Shown one piece after another: positions 1-13,082 of a stretch of DNA of 64,000 nt. The DNA lies in contig NC_045707.1 in assembly GCF_009834535.1 (NCBI RefSeq), positions 57,848,001-57,912,000 of the forward strand, written 5' to 3'. The notes under the pieces are model-generated. The model worked only from the letters and a program-made list of their open reading frames with translations, had not been told where the DNA came from and made no database searches. The first letter of the stretch is position 1; every line of letters starts with the position of its first letter. The position numbers and the translations under genes are program-made. This DNA is from Camelus ferus (Eukaryota).

Positions 1-307
1 CATTCATAAAATATATATATAACTTTGCAAATAAATAACAGAGCAATAGCTAACAATTTGTTTTACCAGCCTACACTCTTTCTGTCCAGTAAAGTAAACA
101 GAAGGTAGTTTTATTATTTGCCTAGAATTTCCCCACAGTGACTAAATACTGGAGGCTTTTTGTGTGGTGAAAATAAAGAACATAAGGAGCCTTTAATGTA
201 TAGGATCTTCAGGAATGATATGCAGCCGTACAGTGATAGTCTCCCGAGAGACGGCAGTTGATATCAGTTTACACACCATTTTTAATTGACAGCTGCTTGT
301 CTGAAAG

Positions 308-437
308 CCTGGCTCCCCATAACATAGCCCAGGAACCAGTGGCATGAGCATGACTTTGGCCGTCAACAGACACGTCTCAGGCCTCAGCGCTGATCCCCGG
401 GTGACGAGGATGCACATTAGAATCTGAGAAGTGCTGG
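308..437 (-). mobile_element. MER5A-like hAT-Charlie DNA transposon fossil
   Basis: minus strand cagcacttctcagattctaatgtgcat...cacccggggatc...ggcctgaga resembles recalled MER5A1 consensus; ends approximate. Confidence 0.55.
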
Positions 438-817
438 TCTGGAGTAGGGTCTCCCGACTGCTGCTGCACAAGTGAGTTCCAACAGGTGCCTGGATACATC
501 TCCCCAAAGCCACTGGGGCACCTGGGGGGGGGGGTTGGTGGCATCAAGGTGGCATCCCTGGGTTGATCAGCTCTGCCCCTAAGCAGCCTTAGAAGGCTTA
601 CCCCACATTGTCCTACGAATGTTGTAATTCCGCATGTGAAAAAAGCTAGGAAGTACCGGAGTACCATGTTGAGAAACATTCCCAAGGCTGTATTCATGCA
701 CATTGGCAAGGACAGTTGTGATGGATTAACAACTTCTGCCCTAAGAGTAGGGGCAGATGCAAGATTAATAACTTAAAGCCATATTCTCTTTAAGGAAAGC
801 ATCTATCTAGATCTTAC

Positions 818-870
818 CAGTAGAGGGCGTTGCTAATTCATCACATTTCACAGTCCCATTTGAACACTGG
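818..870 (-). CDS. OTOGL: OTOGL coding exon 22: QCSNGTVKCDELATPST (gene continues beyond the window edge)
   Basis: ctactag|C...ACTG|gtaaga; 53 nt, phase 2-1. Confidence 0.93.
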
Positions 871-2089
871 CTAGTAGAATTAAACAAAGAGTTAATTCAT
901 GACCCAAATCTCAGGTTTTTTTCTATATTTCAAAAACAATATAACATGCAAGAATTGACTAATTACATATACAAATATTATTTTTCCCACAGAATTTCTT
1001 ACAAATAAGTTACTGGTTTAGGTCCGATTTGAAGACAGCTATTTCAGTCCAACACATTTTTATCAAACACCTATATGTGTGGGGCACTGTGGTAGGCATG
1101 GGGACCTCAGAGACCAAACTTCATAGTTTTGACCCAAATGCTTATATATATTCTAGTAGGAGAGAAAGACATACAAATAAATAATTCACCTAGTGTGACA
1201 CGCAACATAGAAATTTAAGATATAGAAGTAAAACACAGAAAAATGTTCAAAAATCTACTCACAGTTGACATCAAGGGCTGTCAAAGAAGATAAGGTCTGG
1301 AAAATTTTGAAGAAGGGATGGAGGTTTGATACAGATAAGGTAGGAAGGCTGTCACACTCAGTGGGGATGTAGTTCAAAGCCACGTAGGGGCAGAACAGCT
1401 TTCTACGCAACAAAGTGCCACGTGGGAAGTGACAGGAGATGCAGATGGCAAAGAATCAAAGGCGAGCTCCTATTAAGATGCTAAGACTTTATCCCTAAAG
1501 TGAGTCACTGAAGTGAAAAGTGATACGGTTGGTTTGAATTCTTAGAAAAGTCATTCTGGCAGCGGTGTTGAAAACAGAGTGGAGTCATGTCTTGCAACTT
1601 AAGCCTCCAGTTAGAGAATAAGGCAAAAATGAAATACAGGTAAAATGCATCTTGAAAATCCCTTAAGAGTACATCATGAGAAGGAAAAACACACCAGGTC
1701 TCAGTAACGCCAACATAACCAGGTTCTCCTCCAGCTCTGGACTAGGTGGTGTTTTCTATATTTGAGCCCAGATGAAGAAGCTGACTAGCAGAGAAGGGCC
1801 ACGTCATGTGAAGAATAGGCTTATGCCTCATCTGACATTAGGATGACACTTAGAAATGTGACTCACTCACACCGTGAGCAGCAGAGAGGACTGAGACAGA
1901 GCCCAGGTCACAGATCAGCACTTTCACATCAGACTTATCCTGGGACAGAGGCTTTTTGGAAGAAATGGAAAATGAGATCGTGGCAATAATTTTTTTTTTT
2001 TTCTCACTGAGGTGGGAAGTTTCCTCTGCTTTTGCCAAGTTTACCTAAATAAATTCAACTATGTTAAATTTGAGAGAGAGATGACATCC

Positions 2090-2400
2090 TGGTAGAATGG
2101 AAAGAGACAAGACTAGAGATAAGAAAACCAGGTAGATAAACCCAGAGAGACATTGGTAAGGCAGTGGCGATGGAAAGGAAGGAATGGATTTCAAATGCAT
2201 GTCAAAAATAAAATCCACAGTCACTGGGGGTTTACTGGATGCAGGTGTTGAGAGGAGGAAGGTGTCAAAGATGACTCCTAGATTTCTATCTTGGGAAACT
2301 GTGGCCACTAGTACAAGGTCCAAGAGATGTTGCCTTTGTATCTTCATTGATGGGTGAAAGGAAGGGAAATGGAAATGACAATAAATATAAATTGTAGATA
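2090..2400. mobile_element. L2 LINE fossil fragment
   Basis: ggatgcaggtgttgagaggaggaaggtgtcaaagatgactcctagatttct resembles typical L2; ends approximate. Confidence 0.55.
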
Positions 2401-3325
2401 AACAATATTCTGCCATGAATAGAAATAAGCTGCAGAGCAAAACAGGAAACAAAGCAAGCGTTGCTGAGCCAGGCTGTTCGAGAATGAATCCCGGCTTCAT
2501 CACCAGGTTGCTTAACTGCCTGTGCCGCATCTTCCTCACCTGTGAACTGGGCCTGCAGCAACAGCACCTGTCTCTTAGGGTCACACTGATGAGCAACTGT
2601 TTTAATAACAGATATGAAGCACTTAGAATGGCGCCAGGACTACAGAAGGTGCACAGTAATGGTTAGGCAGCATTATTGTTACTGTTCCCTTGTGTCTATT
2701 ATCATCTGTGGGCTCCGATGGAGCAACTAAGAGAGGGAGGTTAGGAGTTGGATACAGATCCATGAGGACTGCTGCATGCACCGTCTGCATTTTAAACAGG
2801 TTGCCACCCGAATGAGTGTCATCCTAGGAATAAGTGTTATCTCACTGGGATCGCTGTCTGTAGGGAGGCAGCCTTCTGACTCCCCAGCGTGACATGGTTA
2901 ATTCCATTCTAGAATTGCTTTTTCTGAGCCAGTTGTTGAACCACAAAACTAAAACCCCTTAGTAATTTACAGTATTTGAATCTTCATCTCATCCTTAACT
3001 TTTATCTGAGAACTAAACTGATCAAAGATCTCCCATTTCACTGCTTCACACTTCAATTCATGGCTCTTTTCTGCAGTTATGAGCACAAGACATAGGCACT
3101 CCACGTTGAAACATTATATATATGTGGTTTAATATACCTATTTATTATAGTTTAATATATATGTATAAATGTAATATACATATGGTTTGAAAGTTTATAT
3201 TAAGATTATCAAACTACATCAAGATTATCAAACTACAGAAGTCATATTTCAATTTATGGTTTTGGTTAAAAAGTTATATGAGTACATGTTATTGGTTAAG
3301 GAAAATCACCATCCCTGAAATTTAC

Positions 3326-3400
3326 CATAAGCCTGAGGGTGTTGGGATGAGCTCCCCAGGTTGGTAAATGCTGCCTCTGTAATGACACCGGCAGTGAAAT
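3326..3400 (-). CDS. OTOGL: OTOGL coding exon 21: FHCRCHYRGSIYQPGELIPTPSGL(C)
   Basis: cttaacag|A...TG|gtaaat; 75 nt, phase 2-2. Confidence 0.95.
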
Positions 3401-4109
3401 CTGTTAAGAAGAAAAAAAAAAAGGATTAAATTAACAAAATACGATAAATACTAAAAAAAACCCCACTGAAATTAAAGCAGACCATATGCTCTATATTGGT
3501 AATTTTCAGGCACACTCTAACCAAGATACTGTTCTATGAGAGTCTGTTCAATTTTGTTATACAAATAGCAGAAACCATTTAAATGTGACGTCTTGGGCAG
3601 CTTCAGATTTTGTTTTCTAAAATTCAGACTATGTATTGTTTTAGTCACGATACAGACTGTGTTGTTTTCATCACCCCCCCCCCCAAAAAAAGCCCCAGAA
3701 GGCACTTCAGGGAAACACAACCAGTGTATCATTTAGCCCAATGTATACAACTCTATCTCACGTGAGATTTGAGAGATTTCTGAGTGCTGAGAGACATTAC
3801 AATCCTGCTACTAAAATCTGCCCCATGACAGTGAAACATACACCTTGCTTTTATTTTTGATATGGCAAAAGCAAGAAGGGATAAACTTCAGACTTAACCA
3901 TCAGATTCCTTAACTCTTTCTATAGCAATCTGAACATGTACAGGGTTTAAAAAAATTTAAAAAATAAGGGAAAAGGTATCAAGAAATACTAAAGAAACAA
4001 CTCACAAGCAGATCTTTGCACATATGCACACTTACTTTATGGAAAAAATGACTGTTCAACAGTGGAGAAAATTTATTTTTCCAATAAATAGTGCTGAGTC
4101 AATCAGATT

Positions 4110-4304
4110 AAGAAAGAAAGAGAAAGAAAGGAAGAAAAGAAAGGAAGAAGAAGGGAGGAAGGAAGAGAAAGAAAGAAAGAAAGAAAGAAAGAAGAAGAAA
4201 GAAAGAAAGAAAGAAAGAAAGAAGAAAGAAAGAAAGAAAGAAAAAGAAAGAAAGAAAGAAGAAGAAGGAAAGAAGGAAAGAAGGAAAGAAGGAAGGAAGA
4301 AGGA

Positions 4305-4367
<63 letters not shown>

Positions 4368-4434
4368 GAAGAAAGGAAGAAAGGAAGAAAGAAAGAAGAA
4401 AGGAAGAAGGAAGAAAGGAAGAAAGAAGAAGAAA

Positions 4435-4528
<94 letters not shown>

Positions 4529-4530
4529 AA
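4110..4530 (+). repeat. Compound (GAAA)n/(GAAG)n polypurine microsatellite, about 420 bp
   Basis: uninterrupted A/G tract, directly visible. Confidence 0.98.
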
Positions 4531-4610
4531 ACAGTCATGAAAGCCCATTTATCCTGTATGGGAGGAAGGAGATAAAAGATGGATGCCGTCAGCCCATTTC
4601 GGTGACGTAC

Positions 4611-4776
4611 ATGGGCACGCAAAAGCTGAGTGTGTCTTCGTAGTATTTGCCTTCGGGACAGTTGCAGCCTTCAGCACAGTCATCGGTACACTGTTCCGGG
4701 GAAGAGAGAGAGATGCAGGAGCGGTGACAGAAGGAGGCGCAGTGATGGTACAGCATGCCTTTCTGACACACCAGCC
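4611..4776 (-). CDS. OTOGL: OTOGL coding exon 20 (TIL): GLVCQKGMLYHHCASFCHRSCISLSSPEQCTDDCAEGCNCPEGKYYEDTLSFCVP(I)
   Basis: tcctcag|GG...AT|gtacgt; 166 nt, phase 1-2. Confidence 0.97.
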
Positions 4777-5613
4777 CTGAGGATGAAGGAGCATCAGCTG
4801 AGGGAGATTTCCACAAGGCACAGAAGCATTTTATGCTGGGCTATAGGTCTATGATAGACATGTATCGTGACAAAGAAGATATCCTGCATCAACAAACCTA
4901 GAACATTATGGAATTCTATATCAGGTGTAAATAAACAAACAATTCTTTGCTTCAATAGAAGTACAACAGAAGAAGGATAAAATTCTATGTGAACTATCTT
5001 TAAGTGTGACATTAAGAGCCTGTGCCATAACTTAAAAAAAATATTTAAGGTATTTTATACATCTAAATAAACTTCTTGTCCTCACATTTTAAATCTCTCT
5101 ACCGCTATGCTGATATTATCGTCTTTACGGCATGATTTAAATCTAAGAAAACTTTTAGTCTTCTACAAACAAGACAAAACTTGACTTCATTGATATATAC
5201 TTGTAGCTCCTGTTTTTTGCCTTTTTAATCATGTTTATACTTTTCCCTCAACCCTTCCAGTGTCTTTTTAGAACAAACTGACTACAGTAGGCAAACTAAA
5301 ATAATCTAAAAACACTCATACAAACAATTAAAAAATGCTGGCTAAAACATAATTGAAATTATGGTAAACATACAATTGCTCTTGTGAGAGAAAAAAGGGG
5401 GTTGGAGGGTCACCTCCCCAAATGAAAGAAGTAAAGAGAGAAATAAAATCCAGAACTTTAGGTAGAGGAAGGAAGGATGGGTCCCAGCAAACTCGGGCCT
5501 TATGTTTAACTCTTGTGGGAATGGAAAATGAAAGTTGGTCCTTTTACAAGGCAAGGAGTTGGGAGACCCTTAACTTGGACCTTCTAAAAAAATCTCCATC
5601 CCGAGTAAGACTA

Positions 5614-5730
5614 CAGCAGAGATCAGCAAACTTTTTTTGTGAAGGGCTAAATGGTGAATAGTTTTAACTCTGCAGGCCACATAGTCTCTGTCACAACTAC
5701 CTGTGCAGATGAAAAGCAGTCACAGACAGT
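5614..5730 (+). mobile_element. MER58-like hAT-Charlie fossil
   Basis: cagagatcagcaaactttttttgtgaagggc...gcaggccacatagtctctgtcacaactac. Confidence 0.65.
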
Positions 5731-6643
5731 GTGCACACATCTGGGCGGTAAGCCTTACTTATGAACACACAAGAAGCCCATGGGTGTAATCTGCCAGCTC
5801 TTGGACTAGAAGAAATCTCTATGAAGCACCAGGAATGCTTCTCTAACTCTGTGGGGTCCCTGGTGAAATAAAGTATCCTCTGAGAAATCAAATTCCAGGT
5901 TTACATCCTGCACAGGTTTGGTACATGAATTTACATTACTTTTATATTTACATTATTTTTGTCTTAGAAAGCCCAACTGGAGAAATTAACACCCAATCTG
6001 GCCAGTGATGCCCCTGGAGTAATAGGAAAAAGTTTTGTGAAACAACTGGGGGATGGAGAGGTGGCGAGAACAATGTTTCTGAAACCCAGGTCACAAAAGA
6101 TTCAAAAAGGGCAGCCTTGATAAAGATTAGCTTATAAAAGAAATTATTAAACAATAAGGAAAGGAAACAATCTCCCATGCTTGAGAACAACGGACATCAT
6201 AACCATGAGGATTCAAGCCCTAAGAACTTGAGATGATTATTGCCTATTGTATAATTTACCTATTTAACTACAAATCACCTGTGGCACTGTATCACATAAT
6301 GCTTTTCCAAACTTTCCAACACTTACATATGACATTTCTATGATAAGAATTGTTTTTCAAATTTTTCAAATTATTTCAGTTGCATACATTAAACCATACA
6401 GCTATATCCTAATTTTGTTTATGGTAAAAACAGTTAAAAGCTCTTGGTCTTAATCCAACAGAGCTCCAATGTTAAGAAATAAAATATTTTATCTTTTTTC
6501 CATGTTTGCCCATTATAATAATATTTCAAATGACTTAAGCAATACTGACTTTTCATTAAGAATTAATGGAAGTAATTACATATGCAAAAATCTCTGACGT
6601 GTTATCTGACCACCTTTATGGGCACCAATGCCATTATACTCAC

Positions 6644-6853
6644 CGCAGAATGAAACCTGAGCTCTGAAGTCGATGGGAACACCACGCTGGCCGCAGAGAT
6701 AAGCATAGTGGGCGAGGGCATTGCACAGGCAGGCGCTGCCACATCTGCATGCGTCGTGGCGGCAGAGCTGATAGTACAGCCCAGGGCTGATGTAGACGTG
6801 GCAGGGGGTAAAGAGCTCTTGGTGGATAACATCACAGTGTGCTGCGTATCCGA
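6644..6853 (-). CDS. OTOGL: OTOGL coding exon 19 (C8): IGYAAHCDVIHQELFTPCHVYISPGLYYQLCRHDACRCGSACLCNALAHYAYLCGQRGVPIDFRAQVSFC
   Basis: ctgttag|TC...TGCG|gtgagt; 210 nt, phase 1-1. Confidence 0.97.
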
Positions 6854-9595
6854 CTAACAGACAAAGAACCCCATCAGCACCTCACTTACTAGTCCAGCTC
6901 CTACCCCTGAGTATCAAATTCCAGCCCTATCCAAGCATCTTGCTTTCCTAGAAATACTCTGTATTGCATATTGCCTTCAGTAAGAGCCAACATTTTCAGC
7001 TTACACTGTTTTCTTTTGAGGGGGGTGGTTTTTACTTTTGGTAATATTGGTGACAGCACTTAATCCATATTTAATATTCTTTAAGCAAAAAAAAAAAAAA
7101 AAAAAAAAAAGAATTGTATTATACCTGAGTACCTTGAGTAACAGAAGGGTTAACTGATAGACGTAGCCTCAATTAGCCCATTGCCTGAGGATCATCTCAG
7201 GATATCGTCACAATTCTGCTATAAAGAACTGAAGAGCTTGGGAGGTTTAATTCCAGACATCCGCGTACAGTACAAACAGTTGCCAGATTGCGGATGTCAT
7301 GGCAACTCCCTGACACAACTGTCCAGGAAGGACTGGAATCATCTCACTCCAGTGCAGGCTCTAAGGTGAATGGTAAAGAGGCAGATGTCACGGAGTCACG
7401 GAACACAGTATCTGCACAAGGCACAGTGCACAATGTCTGGCAAAAATAGGAGCTTGATCATGTTTGACAAATGAATCTATGAATGCATGAATAAATGAAT
7501 AAGGAATGGAAACGGAATGGAACATAAGCCAAAAGCTGTGAGGTACAACTACCAAGCCATTTGGGGGGAATCTGTATAATCACTTCTTGAAATGTGTTGA
7601 CTTTTCCCTTAAGAATCGCTGATCAGATATTACTCTTTATAGGAATAACCAAATTTGACAGAACAATCTAGATTTCACCTTTCTGAAAAAGCCAAGTCCT
7701 TTGATTTCTTAGTGCAATGGACCTCAGCTGCACTGATTTCCTCACAGATAAAATTAGTCTATCTTTGAGTTGTCGTTGTCTTTCAAAGACAAAATGAGCT
7801 GCTAGAGATGAGAATTTTTTCACTACAAAGGAATTACACTGAATTTGTTTTGTTGAGTATTTTAAATATATTTATTATTGGAACCACGTGGTAATTATCT
7901 GAGTATTACCTTTTTGCATTCTTATGCACCAGTATATGAAAGCAAATGACTTAGACCATAACAGTGTATGGTTGGCATGTACACTACTAATTCCCAGGAT
8001 CTCCAAGCAAGGGCTTTTATTGCATACCCTAAGGATTTATAGATCAAAAAATATTCTTGTTGACATTAAGTAAATGACCCAGGAAATCCTTGTTAAAAGA
8101 TTCAGAATCCACATCAGAGTTGACTTTTATCTATTTATTTTCCTTTCTTTGGGAATCTTTTTGAATTTACCTATTTGAAATTCAAAAAAAAAAAAATTCA
8201 TGGCAAAAGTAAAGAAGGTACATTTAAAATACATGTCATAGAAGACACAAGATATGGAGACAAAAGTGATTTTTTAAAAATGTAACAAAATGGCATGTAA
8301 TAAAGGAGGTCATTTAAAGAAACAACCAGAGGGCAACTGAATTTATCAACTGGACTCTACTCCAACTTGTATGTGTTATTAAAAACATAGAAAACAAGTT
8401 TATTGCCATATCAAGAAGGGAACTGAAAAGGTCAGAAACCAACTGAGCAAGAAGAATGGAAAGAGAAGGACTAGACTTATTAGCAAAAAACTGAGAATAG
8501 AATAGGGGGGAAAGTACTGTTAAATGGGAGTGAGATTAAAAGCATTGAATCATAGAGACCAAAGGACTCTAGTCTAGTCCTCTTATTACAGATAGGAAAA
8601 ATGACCAGAGAAGTTAACCATCTTCTTCAAGTTTAGAAGTTGGCTTAGATAGAAAGACAGCACTAAAAGCAAGATTATTTTGTGTTCTTCCCAATACACC
8701 AAAACGATAAGTTAATAATAAAGACCATCTAGCAATCAATAGAATCCTTCCAAACCACCATTACAAAATCTAGAAACTCTACTAACTTCTCATGGGTATT
8801 CTATTAATATTAACAATGAATTTTTAAAACTACATGAAAACTAGTAATCTAGCCCAAATATTTAAAGAAAAAAATTAAATTATAAAAATATCGATTTAAG
8901 CATGTATATAATTTTTACAAAGTGATTTTACAAAAAAAAAAATACAATATGTCTTTTCTTGAGCAGTAAAATAGCCTTTCACATGGTCTGCTGTGGCTTT
9001 AGTAAAAATATAAAGCCAAAAATTCTTGGCGTGTGAGTTGCACTGTCATTGCAGATTGGAATTCTGGACCATGGCCATCTCACGTTGTTGCACACCTGAT
9101 GGCACAAAGCTTCTCTGGATCACTGACTTCCTGCTTATGAAGACTCAATATGCCTCTGAGTAGGAACTTGTCATGTGATAGTAATAAACAAGAGAAGTCG
9201 CATAAGTTGTCACTATGGAACCGAAGTCAAACATCCCAAGACTGTAACAGCCTTATTAGAATACTTGCAGAGATTTTTTTTTTTTTTTAGCATTTAAAGA
9301 ATTGGAAATATCCAAAATGCCAGCTCATATTTAGGAAAAGTTGGAGGATTTCTGAACACTTAAAAGAAGTAAATTTATGAATGCAGAGTAGTAAATAAAA
9401 TAGTCATTTTCTGGAATTCTTTTTAAAAATAACCTAGAATACATGAAGAGGCATGTGAATTAAACAAAAATATATAAGGAATGCCATTGATTTTGTCATA
9501 ATGGAGAAAATCAGAATTTAAAATCACTATCTAATTTTACAAGGTTACAGTAATACATAGAACTTTTCCCTAAGTTTATAGGCAGGAAGACTTAC

Positions 9596-9720
9596 TGTTT
9601 TGTTGGTTGATGTTGCAGGGGTCCACAACAGGAACATGAATAGGTGCAAAACAAGTGGAGGAAACCCTCCAAGCATTTGCATGGAGTTGTGGGGTAACTT
9701 CTATCATGCCTGATGGAGAA
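9596..9720 (-). CDS. OTOGL: OTOGL coding exon 18: SPSGMIEVTPQLHANAWRVSSTCFAPIHVPVVDPCNINQQN
   Basis: ctttctag|T...AACA|gtaagt; 125 nt, phase 2-1. Confidence 0.95.
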
Positions 9721-9939
9721 CTAGAAAGTTAAGACAATATTTTTTTTTTGTCTCTCGCATTCATTTCACTTGTTCATAGTCGTCAAAAGTTGAAAAAAGA
9801 GAATATTATTTTTTTAATTTACAAAGAAATCTTAGGACTTGTAATGTTTTATTATATTTTAAATATACATGATATTCACTTCCTGTTATTAATACTTTAC
9901 AATGTGTCACACTGTAGACATACATGGTTTTATTTAATA

Positions 9940-10070
9940 ATCATTTCAGCCTTGTGAAGAAAACAGTATTATCCCCATTTTAGAGAGAAGGCAAAACAGA
10001 GGCTCAGAGAAACATTAATGTTCACTCAGCTGCAAAGTGTCAGAGCCAAGATTCAAATGCAATTTGCATC
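9940..10070. mobile_element. MIR SINE fragment
   Basis: MIR core: tattatccccattttagagag...acagaggctcagaga. Confidence 0.65.
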
Positions 10071-12609
10071 AATTTAACAAAGTATCAGTCACATAATCAA
10101 ACTATCCATATGTGTGTGTGGTTTAGGGAGGCAGAGGTAGGAACCTACGTGATTCTTTTCAGGGTAGAGACAAACGTCCTAAAGAATAAATAGCTTATAT
10201 TTCTGGTTCAATATTTCAATTTTCATTATGAGGCCTGAAGTACTGAGGTTCCATTGTGCTGTTGGGCAAACCAACCAACTGAAAATTGAGGAGAAACAAA
10301 CCAATTGAAAATTGAGGAGAAACAGTATATGAGGCATTCTTCAGCCAAGTTTACTTACTTCTTCAGTTCCTTCAGCAAACCGAAATAGAAGAGAAATATC
10401 TACACTTGAGGCTTATAAACCACAATGGTGTTTAAAAGCTAGACACTAAAATGCCCTGTCCACTAGCCATCAAGGTATATTAACTCATCAGCCAACAGTC
10501 AGTGAGTGACAGTCTTTATTGGACGCTCTGACAAACACTGTCAGCACTACTCAGAGAATCGGGTTAGACTGGGTCTCCTGCAGAAAGCTCTTACCAAGCC
10601 AAACTTGCCTAATGCAAGCCTTTGGCTACAACATGGCCAAATAGTAGCGTAGTCTTTGTTTCGGCTGAGTGTCCTCATAAACGTAACTATGTTGCTTACC
10701 ATTTAGCTCAGTCACCATTGCGAAGCTGTATGGAGTTTCTCACCACAGTGACTGAGAGGGAGCCTCACAGGCCAGTGCCTGAGGTCCATCACTTGTGTCC
10801 TTCCTTTCCCTTTCCCTCCTTTTCCTACTCCTCAAAACGAAACCACTCTAGAACTGTCAAGAATTATAACAAACATCTAATCCAAAAACCTCATTTTGTT
10901 GCGATGACTGAGGCTCCAGGAAAGTGCATGACTGACACTAGCTCTTCTCATTCTTCCCTCTCCTTCCCTCTTCACCCCAACAAAGGATAACAAAATAGAT
11001 CAAGGTGACAGGTGTATTCAAGGTTCCCAGGAAGAACTGGCTCAGAGCCTGGCTCTCTTATTTCATTTAGTTCACTTAAAACAATAAATACCAAAAAAAA
11101 AAAAAAAAAAAAAAAAAAAACAAAACAAAAAAGAGAGCTAAAATGTAGCCTCATTTATTTATTCCATTTTCAAATTTTATAAAATAAACTTTTAGCTTGC
11201 CAGAGTTAACTTACTATAACAAAGCATACAAAATAAATTTTCAAACAACAAATATTTTCCATTCCACTGTGCTTGCAGATTCACATTAACCTTTGTGAAG
11301 CAAAGAATTTTAACTGCACATGCTGGAAAGCTAAACAATGTTGGAAAGTTATCTCTGACTCTGAAATACTATCCTGCACTGTTATCAGGCCTGAATGTTT
11401 ATACACAGAGAAGACTGGTGCCTTAGAAAGAGGCAGACAGATCTGCCCTGTTAAACATTGACTGCTAACCCACCTTGACAAACAAGGAAGAGAAAGAAGG
11501 CTCAACATCTTCCCCACACATCTTGGACAAGCCACTTAATACCATCTCTGTTTCACAAATGTGATAAACATTGATATTCTGACTAATAAATTTTAAAAAA
11601 GACCTAAAACAAGTTAATCACACAGGAGACAAAAGGAGTCTCTTTTTAAATTAAAAATTTTTAAATGCCCATCCAAATTCTTTTCTTGACACCAAATTAA
11701 AAGTCTTACCTACACTCAGTTCAACTGTTTACTGCATGTAAGTTTCTATGTTAGTTCCTAAGAATACAAGGGTATTTATTTTCAAAGCCCTCGCAGTTTT
11801 CAATGGAAATCAGACAGATTAATGACAAATATTCATTGAAAACAGAGTCAAAATTAACTTTAGTGGGATACTGACTCACTTTCTGAACAAATAGTGACCG
11901 AATTGGTTTAGAAAATAAATAGGAGTTCACGAGGAGAATTACGAAGAGGAAAGAGTCTCAAGCAGGAAAATATGCAGAAGTATTTTTTTAAATGGCATTT
12001 GGAGAATGGTTTCTCCATGAAATGTTCCCTGCCTACCCAGCCCACGCTGACCTACTCAAAATGCCTGCTGTCCTGCTAGCCAGGACACTTAACTTTTTGA
12101 AATTATCTCCATATTTTTTTCTACAGTGTTTATTAATATTTTGCCTAAAACAAATCATTTCTTAAAGATAGGAGTCTCCTCCCAATCTGCAATATAAACT
12201 CCTCGAGGATGGGAAACATGCCTTCCTGCCTTAATGGCCCCACAGTGCTTAGCACAACAGCAGGTACTCAAAGCATTTACGCTAAATTACACACCGTGTC
12301 TTTTTGCATGTAGGTGGAAGTGCTTTTTCAATACAAGGGATAGAGATGTATTTCATTGCTTTTTCTTCTACTGAAACACTATCACAAAATTCAATTAACT
12401 TAGATGCCATAATGTTACTTTAGAGACATCACTCATATCTCATGATCTCATATCATACCAAATGATATCAATATTATTAAAGTGTAATTTACTATCATTC
12501 ATACCAAATGACATTCAGATTTTTTTAAGGCAGTGAAATTTTTAAAAAATAGAATGCTGTTAAGCTTGATAGGTGGCAGAGAGCGTGCAAAGGGTAGTCA
12601 TTCTGTGGG

Positions 12610-12830
12610 TAGCCCTCAGGCTGTGAGCCACACTACCTAAATTCAAAGTGCAGCTCCACTGTATTTGAGCTAAGTGACTTTGAGCTATTTTCATTTGTCA
12701 CTCTGAAGCCTCTGTTAGTTTCCTTATCTCTAAAACAGAGATACTAATCAGGGGATTACTACCAAATTTAAATACAACAATCCATGTAAAGCTCTTGGAA
12801 CAATGATGACTAAGCTATTATTAGTAAACA
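12610..12830. mobile_element. MIR SINE fragment
   Basis: ctccactgtatttgagctaagtgactttgagc...tttccttatctctaaaacagagatactaat. Confidence 0.6.
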
Positions 12831-12904
12831 TATTTAATGTAAGAATGTATGTCCTCTAAATTACTAGTCATTAAACATGTCAGTTATACAAAGATCATAC
12901 TTAC

Positions 12905-13082
12905 AGGAAATCATCCCTTATGTTCCCATTAAAAGTGCCACACAGACCCAGCGTTCTTCTTTTCCAGGTACTAGTGAGCTGAATATAAATTCTTTCCCCA
13001 TCTATTGCAAACAGAATCTTTAAACCAAATGTGGTTTTTAGAAGAATAAATAAGGATGACAGAGTTTGAATTTCAACAATTC
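12905..13082 (-). CDS. OTOGL: OTOGL coding exon 17 (VWD2): GIVEIQTLSSLFILLKTTFGLKILFAIDGERIYIQLTSTWKRRTLGLCGTFNGNIRDDF(L)
   Basis: ttttcctgcag|GA...CT|gtaagt; 178 nt, phase 1-2; GLCG motif. Confidence 0.97.

Noticed and set aside
193..709. ORFs of 106 and 110 aa near the window start as possible further OTOGL exons
   Set aside because: No TIL/VWD Cys pattern; overlap a MER5-like fossil; the expected next exon is not in the window
4024..4622. K/E/R-rich and F/L/S-rich ORFs of 146-188 aa
   Set aside because: Translations of the (GAAA)n microsatellite; stop-free by composition only
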